The notes below the pieces were generated by a model that was not told where the DNA came from, did no database searches, and worked only from the letters and a program-made list of their open reading frames with translations. The position numbers were made by a program, and so were the translations under genes. Shown here one piece after another: positions 27,923-37,384 of a stretch of DNA of 64,000 bases. Source of the stretch: Candidatus Omnitrophota bacterium (GTDB lineage Bacteria > Omnitrophota > Gorgyraeia > Gygaellales > Profunditerraquicolaceae). How positions within the stretch are numbered: position 1 is the stretch's first letter; each line of letters begins with the position of its first letter. The stretch spans positions 14,477 through 78,476 of the forward strand of contig JBAZKL010000002.1 of the NCBI GenBank assembly GCA_041650835.1, in the 5' to 3' direction.

Positions 27923-30090
27923 TGATACGCGCGCCTAAATTCATAATTATTGCCTTGTCTTTATGTTCATGGGGGCTTTCGGGGGCTGTCTCACCCCGCG
28001 CTCTTTACGCGCAAACGAGCGAGGATAAAAACGTTCTCGAACAGCCGATCATCGTCAATGGCGATACGGTGGAATATTCGACCGATAATAAGGAGATCTC
28101 CGCGAGCGGCAATGTCCTTATTATGTATAAAGGCACGAAGCTTACCTGCGATAAGATCACCGTTAACACCCAGACTAAAGACGCGAAAGCCGCGGGGGGT
28201 GTGCGTATCGAAGATGATAAAGGCGTGATCGAAGGCCAGGAGATCGCCTATAATTTTAATACCAAGACCGGGGTTATCCTTGACGGGCAATTCAGGTCCG
28301 CCCCTTATTTCGGCAGCGCTTCGAGTATCGAACGCCTGAATGATTCCGCTTTTGAAGCGATCGACGGGTATGCCTCTACCTGCAGCTTCAGTAAACCGCA
28401 TTACCGCTTCCAGGCAAAGAAAATAAAAGTTTATCCCGGTGATAAACTCCAGAGTAAATCAGATATGTTCTATGTGGGGAAATTGCCGTTTTTGTACCTG
28501 CCGTTCTATTCCCACAGCCTCAAAGACCCTATTTATCATGTTGAATTCTCTCCCGGCAAGAGCGGCGCGTGGGGGCCGTACCTTTTAAGCGCCTGGAGAG
28601 CTGATGTGACTGATTCTATTAAGGGAAGGGTTTACCTGGATTACCGCAATAAACTGGGGACAGCTACCGGTTTCGGAGCTAATTATAAAACCGCTCAGTT
28701 CGGTAAGGGCGATTTCAAGTTTTATTATACGGATGAGAAGCCAAAAAACCTTTCAACAGAGCCGAATGAATTCCAACGTTACCTGGTGCGCTTGAGGCAT
28801 AAATGGGACATTGACCCGCGTACTAAAGCTACGCTGGAGTATTATAAGATACGGGACGCTAAACGTTCCATTGACCCGGGCGCGAATTTTCTTAAAGATT
28901 ATTTTTTCCGGGAATATGAACAGGATGCCCAGCCGTTGACGTACGCTTTAGTCACGCACGCTTTTGATTATTCAAACCTTAACCTTCTGGTCCAGAAGCG
29001 GACTAACCGCTGGTTTAATCAGATCGATAAACTTCCGGAGTTGACCTATAATCTGCCTGATTACCAGATAGGGGAAAGCCCGTTTTATTTCAGGAATATT
29101 TCTTCATTCTCCAACCTGGAAAAAAAGAGCGAGGCATTGTCCGATCTGGACGACCTTGTTAGCCGATTCGACACCTATAATCAATTCTCTTTGCCTTTTA
29201 AGGCTTCGGTTTTCGCGCTGACGCCTTTTGTGGGGCTGCGTGAAACCTATTATTCTCAAAATAAGGAAGGTAATACCGTTGACCCGCGGACTGTTTTTTA
29301 CAGCGGGTTGGATATGAGTACTAAATTCTACCGTGTCTTTGATGTTAATTCCGATTTTTTAGGCATGGATCTTAACGGCCTCAGGCATATTGTCACTCCG
29401 AGCGTTAAGTACGCGTTTAACCATGAACCTACGGTTGCCGCGTCTAAATTACAGGCTTTTGACGAAATAGATACCATAACCAGAAGCAATAGGGTGACCT
29501 TGGAATTGGTCAACAAGTTCCAGACGAAGCGCCCGGATTCGCAAAAAAGGCTGCAAAACGTTGATCTGGCCACATTAACGGCCTCAACCGCCTATGATTT
29601 TAAACCAAAGGGGATCGGGGGTTCCCGTTTTTCCGATTACTTGTTTGATATAGAGTTACTTCCTTATTCGTGGCTGCGTATTGATTCCGATTCAATCCTT
29701 GATTCAAGAGAAAATTATTTTAAGCAGATCAATGTGGACTTGAACACGAGTTTAGGCAAAGAACGCTCTTTCGGCATCGGGCATCGTTATGAAAGAAAAG
29801 GCGGAAAAGAATTAACTTCTCAATTCAGCTGGCGCCTGTCGCCGAAATGGAGGTTTAGGATCTACGAGCGTTATCAATTCGCGGAAGCCCGCGATAAAGG
29901 CTTTAAAGAACAGGAATACACCTTTTCCCGCGACCTTCACTGCTGGGAATCAGACTTCACTTACAATAGAAGCAAGGAGAACGGCCACACCTTTTGGCTG
30001 GTTTTCAGGCTTAAGGCATTTCCTGAAACGGAATTTAAACTCGATCAGACATATCATCCTCCCCGCCCCGGTTCCCAGTCAAATAATTAA
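27922..30090 (+). CDS. lptD: LPS assembly protein LptD-like
   Basis: Signal peptide, OstA-like N domain, STC...PHY, aromatic beta strands, RDLHCWE. Confidence 0.75.
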   Translation: MIRAPKFIIIALSLCSWGLSGAVSPRALYAQTSEDKNVLEQPIIVNGDTVEYSTDNKEISASGNVLIMYKGTKLTCDKITVNTQTKDAKAAGGVRIEDDKGVIEGQEIAYNFNTKTGVILDGQFRSAPYFGSASSIERLNDSAFEAIDGYASTCSFSKPHYRFQAKKIKVYPGDKLQSKSDMFYVGKLPFLYLPFYSHSLKDPIYHVEFSPGKSGAWGPYLLSAWRADVTDSIKGRVYLDYRNKLGTATGFGANYKTAQFGKGDFKFYYTDEKPKNLSTEPNEFQRYLVRLRHKWDIDPRTKATLEYYKIRDAKRSIDPGANFLKDYFFREYEQDAQPLTYALVTHAFDYSNLNLLVQKRTNRWFNQIDKLPELTYNLPDYQIGESPFYFRNISSFSNLEKKSEALSDLDDLVSRFDTYNQFSLPFKASVFALTPFVGLRETYYSQNKEGNTVDPRTVFYSGLDMSTKFYRVFDVNSDFLGMDLNGLRHIVTPSVKYAFNHEPTVAASKLQAFDEIDTITRSNRVTLELVNKFQTKRPDSQKRLQNVDLATLTASTAYDFKPKGIGGSRFSDYLFDIELLPYSWLRIDSDSILDSRENYFKQINVDLNTSLGKERSFGIGHRYERKGGKELTSQFSWRLSPKWRFRIYERYQFAEARDKGFKEQEYTFSRDLHCWESDFTYNRSKENGHTFWLVFRLKAFPETEFKLDQTYHPPRPGSQSNN

Positions 30091-30404
30091 TTATTTTGAG
30101 TCAAGGTTAATTTGACGCTTCTTCCTTTTAGTCTTTATCCTTTAACCGTGATCTTCGAATTAGGTTCAATTAAGTGGAAATATTACCGCTTGTGTGGCAT
30201 ACTTATAATAAGAAACATATGGAAAACAGGGGGAAGGGATAGGAAGTACAAAACGTTTTTATTAATTATTTTATAAAATATTAAATAACAGCCTTTAATC
30301 CGCCTATTCCAACACCCTGCTGCGCAAGGAAATGCAAGCGTTTGTTACTGCTTGCTTTTTTACAGGGAAAAAGAATAGGTTTTTTTATGCCTTTTAAATT
30401 TATC

Positions 30405-30433
30405 TTGACAAATAAGGGAGGAGGTGATATAAA
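30405..30433 (+). promoter_or_regulatory. Sigma70 promoter of the major pilin
   Basis: TTGACA-N17-TATAAA with extended TG. Confidence 0.65.
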
Positions 30434-30575
30434 GAAAAATAGTTAAATCAGGTGACGGGATGTTGTTGTGGGCCTTTAAGTAAGACTAGTAGCAGTTCTC
30501 TTAATTAAGTAGTAAGGATAAAAAGGCAACAAGAGCATCCAAGTGTCAATCATACCTAAGAGAGGAGGGTTTGAC

Positions 30576-31007
30576 ATGAATAAGAAAGGGTTCACGTTAG
30601 TCGAAATCATGATCGTAGTTGCTATCGTAGCGTTACTTGCAGCTATCGCAATTCCTGGCCTTTTACGTGCTCGTGTTAATGCCAACGAATCAGCGGCACA
30701 AGCGACTTTAAAGACAATCGCTACTGCTTGCGAATCGTACGCATCTGCTAACAATGGTAATTATCCTACTGATTTCGCGGTTGATTTAGTCGCGGCAGTT
30801 CCTCCGTTTGCAAGCGAGGATTATATTGCAGCCGGCGCCAACACTAGACAAGGGTATACTTTTGCCTGCGGAACATTCGCGGCAACCGGTTATTCTTGTA
30901 CCGCGACTCCTATCGGTTGTATCGCAGGAGCTGTTACATCAGGTACAGGTACCAGAACGTTTACGATCACGACAGGCGGATTATTGTCCGCGGCTGCTTG
31001 CACCTAA
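30576..31007 (+). CDS. Type IV pilin, probable major pilin
   Basis: KKG|FTLVEIMIVVAIV; strong RBS; own promoter and terminator. Confidence 0.9.
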   Translation: MNKKGFTLVEIMIVVAIVALLAAIAIPGLLRARVNANESAAQATLKTIATACESYASANNGNYPTDFAVDLVAAVPPFASEDYIAAGANTRQGYTFACGTFAATGYSCTATPIGCIAGAVTSGTGTRTFTITTGGLLSAAACT

Positions 31008-31038
31008 GCAAGTAGTACCGTTTTGATCGTTTTTTTTC

Positions 31039-31072
31039 AGAAGCCCGGCTTTCGAAAGAAGGCCGGGCTTCT
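31039..31072 (+). terminator. Stem-loop after the major pilin
   Basis: AGAAGCCCGGCT...GGCCGGGCTTCT. Confidence 0.7.
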
Positions 31073-31216
31073 TAGTTCCAGTCCGCCAAGATCCTCTTTT
31101 TGTATATTTTCTTAAACATGTTTAATTTTTCCCTCGGATTTTCAAATATCTCTTGCAGAAAAACATTTTTATGTTAAAATAATTTTGTACCTTAACCGAT
31201 TGGAATAAATATAATA

Positions 31217-31639
31217 ATGAATAATACGAAGGCGAGAAGTTTTGTAACTATAACGATTACAATTGCAATTGTCGCGCTTTTGTTGCGGTTTGGTATAGAG
31301 AATCTTATCAAGTTCAATATTATCCAGAATGAGGAGAACGCTTTAGATACTTTAAAGTCTGTTTCAACGGCTTTGGAAAATTATGCCAAGAATAATGTGG
31401 GTATCTACCCTGTATCTTTGGCTATCCTGACCCAAACGAATCCTCAGTATCTTACAGTCGATTACACCGCTCAACCCCCCGTTAAAGGATATCAATATAC
31501 TTTTTCACGGCTTGATCCCTATGGCTATAGCTGCCGGGCTACCCCGGTGAGCTGCAGTTTAACGGGAAAATCTATCTTTACGATCACGACAGGCGGGATC
31601 ATAATGACGGAAAGCTGCGTTAAGAAAGAGGAGAGTTGA
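31217..31639 (+). CDS. Pilin paralogue with degenerate cleavage motif
   Basis: Shares GYSC.ATP..C...TG...FTITTGG with the upstream pilin; N-terminus KARS|FVTIT. Confidence 0.8.
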   Translation: MNNTKARSFVTITITIAIVALLLRFGIENLIKFNIIQNEENALDTLKSVSTALENYAKNNVGIYPVSLAILTQTNPQYLTVDYTAQPPVKGYQYTFSRLDPYGYSCRATPVSCSLTGKSIFTITTGGIIMTESCVKKEES

Positions 31640-31646
31640 TCTTTTT

Positions 31647-32147
31647 TTGCCTAAAGGAAATACGATGCGTATCCATATGTTTTGCCGAAGAGAAAAAAGT
31701 TTAAGGCCGGCTCGCGGGTTTACTTTAATAGAGCTCCTGGTGACTGTCGGGATATTGGCGTTTGGCCTCTGCGGCCTGCTCTTGACCTATGTCAATATGC
31801 TCGTGCTTTCAGATTTGTCGCGCAGTTATACCATGGCGACCAGCGCTCTCCAGGATAAAATGGAGGATATTAAGAAAGTAGCTTTTGACAGCCTGTCTGC
31901 GCTTCATGATACGGCTTTTGATGTCGATGGGTTTGCTGCGGGCGCCGCTAAAGGGCGTATTGAAGTATATGATACCGGTTACGCGGATTTAAAACGGGTG
32001 AGGCTGGTCGTTTGCCTTACGAGCCGCCGGAGGGTGATCGGAGAGGACAGTAATTTCAGCGGAACCCTTGATGCCGGCGAAGATACGATGATCGCTAATA
32101 CCCGTCTTGATTCACCGATAGAACTTATTACGTTGATAGTGAGATAG
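31647..32147 (+). CDS. Minor pilin (PilV-like)
   Basis: RG|FTLIELLV. Confidence 0.8.
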   Translation: MPKGNTMRIHMFCRREKSLRPARGFTLIELLVTVGILAFGLCGLLLTYVNMLVLSDLSRSYTMATSALQDKMEDIKKVAFDSLSALHDTAFDVDGFAAGAAKGRIEVYDTGYADLKRVRLVVCLTSRRRVIGEDSNFSGTLDAGEDTMIANTRLDSPIELITLIVR

Positions 32148-32153
32148 GAGAGT

Positions 32154-32780
32154 ATGGCTCGTTTTCAGGAAAACAATATTTTTAAGAATAAAGGCGTTAC
32201 TCTTCTCGAGATGATGGTGGTATTGGGTATTTTTGTCGGTTTATTTGCCGCTATCGTAACAATATTGACGAGCTCCGACCGCAGTTGGCGCATCGGGCAG
32301 AGTAAACTCCAAGAGCAGCGTTCCGCCCGGCTTGCCCTGGATACGATCAGCCGTTATCTTCGGCAATCAAATCCCGATTGGGTCATCTCGGGCAATCATT
32401 ATCCCGTAACGATAACATCGTCTTCGAGGATCGACTTCTATCAACCCGTCTTTGATACCAACGGGAATATCACGACATTGCAGAAAGTAACTTTTAAGCT
32501 CAATACCTTGGACGCGACCCAGTTGTTGATGAAAGTAGGTACGTCCGCTTCGGTTTTAGTAGCCGACCATATTCAATCGATCAGTTTTAGCGGCGGCTGC
32601 GTCGCTTGCGCGGCGTATAATTGTACTTCTGTGGCTGCTGATTGTCCTATTGTTTTAGTTTCGATCACGACCAGGCAGGATAATGATTTTACTTTGACAT
32701 CAAAGATACATATTAGGAATTATGCTGTCCCGCTAGATAGTACAACGGAAATCGAGGAGCCTGTTGCGGGTGAGTTTTAG
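32154..32780 (+). CDS. Minor pilin (PilW-like)
   Basis: KG|VTLLEMMV. Confidence 0.8.
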   Translation: MARFQENNIFKNKGVTLLEMMVVLGIFVGLFAAIVTILTSSDRSWRIGQSKLQEQRSARLALDTISRYLRQSNPDWVISGNHYPVTITSSSRIDFYQPVFDTNGNITTLQKVTFKLNTLDATQLLMKVGTSASVLVADHIQSISFSGGCVACAAYNCTSVAADCPIVLVSITTRQDNDFTLTSKIHIRNYAVPLDSTTEIEEPVAGEF

Positions 32781-32817
32781 GGGAAGAAACAGCGTAAGAA
32801 AACGGGGGGTTATCGTT

Positions 32818-34509
32818 ATGAATAAAAAAGGGGTAGTTTTGATCATATCCATGGTGGTCATGGCGGTGTTATTAGTTTTGACCGGCGTTTATTTTACCGG
32901 GCTTATGACCGAAAAAAGAGCTACTGACCGGCAGGAATTTGTTTTGCAGGCTTTAAATCTCGCTGAAGCGGGCGCAAACCACGCGCTCGCGGAATTACGC
33001 GAAAGGATCAGGACGGATTTAAGGGATAAAGTCTCGGAAGTCCACCTGTCGAGCGTGTTCACCGGATATGTCGGAGCGGCTGATTCTTTAGGGTTATTGC
33101 GTGATTACGCGTACGCAAGCGGTGATACGCAGTTCGCTGTTTCCGGCGGCAAGGCTACGTTGACGCTCAATTCTCCTGTCTTAGATACCGCGATCCAGGG
33201 TAGTTATACGGCGACGATCACTATTGAAGCTAACGGCTCACCGACTAATCCGTCAGGAGAAGTCTATGTGTTCCCTTATAAATTCAGTATTGAGTCGAGC
33301 GGCCTGGTTTCCCGGACAACCCCTAATACGAGTAAGACAACGCGTTTAGTTCAGGGGACATTTTCGATCACTACCCGGCGGGATACTTTTGCCAAATTCG
33401 CGCTTTTTACCTCGCATCATTCTACGCCTTCGGGCACAACAGTCTGGTTTACCGCCAATACGAATTTTACCGGCCCGGTGCATACCAATGAACGCTTCAG
33501 CTTCGCCAATAATCCTTCCGCTCATTTCACTGAAGATGTGGCGCAGCACCAGAATTCAGCCCGTTATTATAACAACGGATGGTCAACGTTGATAAATGAC
33601 GACCATAACGGGACTATCGATGTCCCTGTTTTCGAAAAAACATTTGAAAGAGGATACGATATTATCACTCTTACGTCCTCAATCACGCAAACGGACCTTA
33701 AGACCCAGGCGTTGGGCGGGACCGCGGAGCCCGGGTCGAACGGGATCTATGTTCCTAATGACGGGACGAGTGTAACCGGCGGTATTTATATACGGGGTAA
33801 TCAGGGTAACCATGCGGATGATCCGCAAATTACCATGGGAACCGCCGCTGCCGGGCCGGTCTATACTATCGAGAGAAGCGGCGTTACAAAGATCGTTACC
33901 GTGAATTATACCTCGAACCAAACCACGGTTGAGACCGTAGCCGGGAGCACTGTTACCTACCAGGGGATCCCCGATGGTATGGGGAATGAAGGTATTCTTA
34001 TTTATACGAATGACGATGTGGGCGGCCTCGAAGGCGTTGTTCAGCAGGCTTCCACTGTTACTGTTTCAGCGGAACGCGATATTGTCGTTGACGGTAATTT
34101 GACGTATGAGCAGTATAATGCCAGCCCTTTGAATGCCGACGGCTTTACCAATGTGCTGGGCATCTTATCCTGGGGAGGGGATGTTCGTATCGGTACTTCA
34201 GCTCCGGATGATGTCCAGATCCATGGTGTTGTTATGGCGCCTCACGGAGTGTTCCGCGTGGATGATTATAATGAAGATGCGCCGCGCGGTGTGGCTACGC
34301 TCTTGGGCGGGGCAATTACCGATTTCTACGGGGCTTTCGGGACTTTCTCCGGCTCAACGCCGACTCATGGATACGGCAGGAATTTTGTGTACGATGACAG
34401 GATGTTACAAGGGACAACGCCCCCGTATTTTCCTTACTTGTCAAATTTTGTGGCTTTTGACGACGGGAAACTTGACCAGAAATTAGTGTGGCAGGATAAA
34501 GGAGTTTAA
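32818..34509 (+). CDS. PilX N-terminal / DUF4900-like large minor pilin
   Basis: KKG|VVLII, ALNLAEAG, FTGPVHTN, GYGRNFVYDDRM...PPYFP. Confidence 0.8.
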   Translation: MNKKGVVLIISMVVMAVLLVLTGVYFTGLMTEKRATDRQEFVLQALNLAEAGANHALAELRERIRTDLRDKVSEVHLSSVFTGYVGAADSLGLLRDYAYASGDTQFAVSGGKATLTLNSPVLDTAIQGSYTATITIEANGSPTNPSGEVYVFPYKFSIESSGLVSRTTPNTSKTTRLVQGTFSITTRRDTFAKFALFTSHHSTPSGTTVWFTANTNFTGPVHTNERFSFANNPSAHFTEDVAQHQNSARYYNNGWSTLINDDHNGTIDVPVFEKTFERGYDIITLTSSITQTDLKTQALGGTAEPGSNGIYVPNDGTSVTGGIYIRGNQGNHADDPQITMGTAAAGPVYTIERSGVTKIVTVNYTSNQTTVETVAGSTVTYQGIPDGMGNEGILIYTNDDVGGLEGVVQQASTVTVSAERDIVVDGNLTYEQYNASPLNADGFTNVLGILSWGGDVRIGTSAPDDVQIHGVVMAPHGVFRVDDYNEDAPRGVATLLGGAITDFYGAFGTFSGSTPTHGYGRNFVYDDRMLQGTTPPYFPYLSNFVAFDDGKLDQKLVWQDKGV

Positions 34510-34511
34510 CG

Positions 34512-34760
34512 ATGGATAAGAAGATCGGCATTTTGGTCGGTATCGCGATCGTCGTGTTCTTGGCGGCGATCACGGCGATTAATATCGCCATTAAGCAATT
34601 TGAGTCCGCACCAATGGTCGCTCAGCAGCAGATCCTTATAAAGAAGCAAGCGGTAGCCGAGAATAAAATCGTCCCGGTTCAAAAAGAGCAAAAACGCCTT
34701 GAGGAGTCCCGGCCTGAGATCGAAGCACCACTGCCTCCCGGAGAGCAGCTTTTACAATAA
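34512..34760 (+). CDS. Small single-TM hypothetical protein in the pilus operon
   Basis: RBS AAGGAG, N-terminal TM, tight packing. Confidence 0.6.
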   Translation: MDKKIGILVGIAIVVFLAAITAINIAIKQFESAPMVAQQQILIKKQAVAENKIVPVQKEQKRLEESRPEIEAPLPPGEQLLQ

Positions 34761-34775
34761 TGGTATGGAGCCGTC

Positions 34776-35798
34776 ATGAATTTTCTTGAGCAGATCAAAG
34801 AACGATTAGTGAAAGAAAAGGTTTCTGTGGGGTTGGATATCGGGACGTCTTTCGTAAAGATCGCCAAGGTCAAGATGCTCAAAGACACTGTCGAGCTTGC
34901 CGGTTTCCATATTGAGCCGATGCAGCTTGACCTGGAAGGCCTGCTTAAGAACATGGCAAAGGCGCAGGATACTCCTCGGGTCAATATTGCGTTTTCCGGG
35001 CCTTCGACGATCATCCGGTACGCCCAGTTCATGAAAATGAATGTGTCTGAGCTTAAACAAGCTTTGAAATTCGAGGCGCAGAAACATATCCCGTTTTCTG
35101 TGGCGGAGGTCAATGTCGACGGATTTATCGTGAAGCCTGATTTGCCGGATAACAAGATGCTGGTGTTATTAGCCGCGGTAAAAAAAGAATATTTGAATCA
35201 GCGGTTAAAGATCATCGAGTCGGCCGGGTTTCGCGGCCAATGCATTGACCTGGATTCGATAGCTTTAATAAACGCGTTTAATTTTAATTACACTGAAAAG
35301 AATCACTCGCCTGATAAGGCTGCCGCGCTTTTAAATATAGGCGCGGCGCAAAGCAACCTGAGCATTATAGAGGACGGTATCCCCCGCTTGAGCCGCGATA
35401 TTCCTATAGCGGGAAATAGTTTTAATCAGAAGATCAGGGAAGCCATGAGCCTGGAGCTTAAAGCCGCTGAAGAGCAGAAATGTTCTCAGGATCCTGTGAA
35501 ATCGGCGAAAGTGATCTCGGTCATTGAGCCGGTTGTCTCAAATCTTGCCGCGGAGGTCAGGATATCTTTTGATTATTTTGAAAGCCAGAGCGCTTCTTCT
35601 GTCGAGAAGATCTACTTGAGCGGCGGCAGCAGCTTGTTGAAAGGTTTAAAGGACCTGCTTCATACTTTGGTCGGCATTGAGGTTGAATATTGGGACCCTT
35701 TCAAGAAGGTGACCCTGGCTACAAATATTGATTCGGGAAAGTTAAACGCCGTAAAAAGCCAGCTGGCAGTTGCCTTGGGCCTGGCGCTGCGCGGATAA
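34776..35798 (+). CDS. pilM: Type IV pilus assembly protein PilM
   Basis: VGLDIGTSFVK, IYLSGGSS, AVALGLALR. Confidence 0.9.
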   Translation: MNFLEQIKERLVKEKVSVGLDIGTSFVKIAKVKMLKDTVELAGFHIEPMQLDLEGLLKNMAKAQDTPRVNIAFSGPSTIIRYAQFMKMNVSELKQALKFEAQKHIPFSVAEVNVDGFIVKPDLPDNKMLVLLAAVKKEYLNQRLKIIESAGFRGQCIDLDSIALINAFNFNYTEKNHSPDKAAALLNIGAAQSNLSIIEDGIPRLSRDIPIAGNSFNQKIREAMSLELKAAEEQKCSQDPVKSAKVISVIEPVVSNLAAEVRISFDYFESQSASSVEKIYLSGGSSLLKGLKDLLHTLVGIEVEYWDPFKKVTLATNIDSGKLNAVKSQLAVALGLALRG

Positions 35799-35809
35799 TA
35801 CACGCTATT

Positions 35810-36412
35810 ATGATCGAAATAAACCTGTTACCGGAAGAATTAAAGCAAAAAGCGAAATCCACGGGTTCAACGTTCGAGTTGAAATATCTGTTGCTTTTGA
35901 TCCCGCTTTTCGTTGTTATCCTGGTCCTGCTCCATTTGTATCTGGGGATCACCATGCTGGTTAAGGCGGGCCAGGTCAATGCCCTGACGGCTAAATTTAA
36001 GCAGTTCCAGCCGCAGCTGCAGGAATTGGAGAAATTTAATAAAGGCTCTGCAGCGAAATCGAGCGATGACCAGATGGTACAGCAGTACCTCACCCAGCGC
36101 ATATACTGGTCGTTGAAATTAAATAAATTAAGCGAGCATGTACCCGACGGAATTTGGTTCCATAATCTTTCGATAGCTTCAAAGGAGTTCTTGTTGGCTG
36201 CTTCTGTCGTCTCCCTGCAAAAAGAAGAGATGAGCTTGATCAATAAGTTTATCAGTAACCTGAACGCGGATAAGGATTTCATGAAAGATTTCAGCGCCTT
36301 AGAATTGAGTTCCGTGCAGAAGAGAACTAAGGGCAGTTACGAGATCACTGATTTTGTCTTACGCGGCCTGGCGCGCGTCCAGCCGAAGGCCCAGCAAGGG
36401 AAGAAAAAATGA
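35810..36412 (+). CDS. pilN: PilN
   Basis: MIEINLLPEE, TM, VPDGIW. Confidence 0.85.
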   Translation: MIEINLLPEELKQKAKSTGSTFELKYLLLLIPLFVVILVLLHLYLGITMLVKAGQVNALTAKFKQFQPQLQELEKFNKGSAAKSSDDQMVQQYLTQRIYWSLKLNKLSEHVPDGIWFHNLSIASKEFLLAASVVSLQKEEMSLINKFISNLNADKDFMKDFSALELSSVQKRTKGSYEITDFVLRGLARVQPKAQQGKKK

Positions 36413-36984
36413 AGCTACTGACTTTTTTTGATAATCTCGTGATCGATATCCAGAAATTGATCCTGATCGGGATAATATTTGTTACCGTTATTTTTATCGA
36501 TTGTTCTTTTATTATGAAAGCGCAGCTTTTAGGTATCAAAAAATCAGCGGAAACTGCCGTTAAATTGAAAAAAGATATCGCGGCGATATCTGCCGGCCTG
36601 GTTAAAATGAAGGCTTCGCCCGTTAAGCCTGTTTCAGCGGTAAAAAAGAAGCGGCTTTTGACGGACGCGGAAGTGCCTTCTTTGTTGCAGGAAATTTATT
36701 CTCTTGCCGGTAAGAACAAGGTCAATATCATTCAAGTAAAGCCGGTTAAAGAGCTCTCGACGCAGGCTCTTGACCCTAAAAAAGCGGCTCAGGCGCCTAA
36801 GGCTGTGCCGGTGAATATCAGCCTTGACATTGCCGGAAATTATCATTATTTCGGGGCTTTCATCAATGACCTCGAGAATAGCGAATCGTTTATATCGGTA
36901 GAAGAGGTAAAGCTAACGCAATCCACCGATAATTATTTACTGCAAAAGGCTTCACTGATATTAAGGACATATGTTAAATTGTAA
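36409..36984 (+). CDS. pilO: PilO
   Basis: EVPSLLQEI, GNYHYFGAFINDLE; position. Confidence 0.8.
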   Translation: MKLLTFFDNLVIDIQKLILIGIIFVTVIFIDCSFIMKAQLLGIKKSAETAVKLKKDIAAISAGLVKMKASPVKPVSAVKKKRLLTDAEVPSLLQEIYSLAGKNKVNIIQVKPVKELSTQALDPKKAAQAPKAVPVNISLDIAGNYHYFGAFINDLENSESFISVEEVKLTQSTDNYLLQKASLILRTYVKL

Positions 36985-37384
36985 GAAGACTATTTATCCG
37001 GGGAAAAGAATAAGTAAAAGATCCTGGGCGCTTGTTATCGCCGTCGCCGGCTCCTGCGTGCTTACCCTCGGCAGGAATATGCTGTTTTGCCAGGCGCAGG
37101 GGGAGTTCATCTACGATGCCGCAGGCAGGCGCAACCCTTTTGTGGCATTGGTTACTCCTGACGGCAGGTACGTCCAGCTTGAGAAAAAAGAGATCAGCGG
37201 CGATATTAAATTAGAAGGTATTATTTATGATAATTACGGGGTGTCTTATGCTATTGTAAACGGTTTAGTAGTTAAGATCGGAGATTTTATCGGCGATAAA
37301 CAGGTCCTAAAAATAGAAAAAAACAGGGTATTTTTTGTTAAAGAGGGTCAGGTCTCTGAAACAAGATTAAAGAAGGAGGAATGA
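36971..37384 (+). CDS. PilP-like protein
   Basis: RRNPF, LEGIIYD, AIVNG..VKIGD; position between pilO and the secretin. Confidence 0.7.
   Translation: MLNCKKTIYPGKRISKRSWALVIAVAGSCVLTLGRNMLFCQAQGEFIYDAAGRRNPFVALVTPDGRYVQLEKKEISGDIKLEGIIYDNYGVSYAIVNGLVVKIGDFIGDKQVLKIEKNRVFFVKEGQVSETRLKKEE

Noticed and set aside
30091-30400. Possible c-di-GMP riboswitch upstream of the pilin
   Set aside because: No GEMM (GGCAAAC...GCAAAG) pattern recognised; only short hairpins
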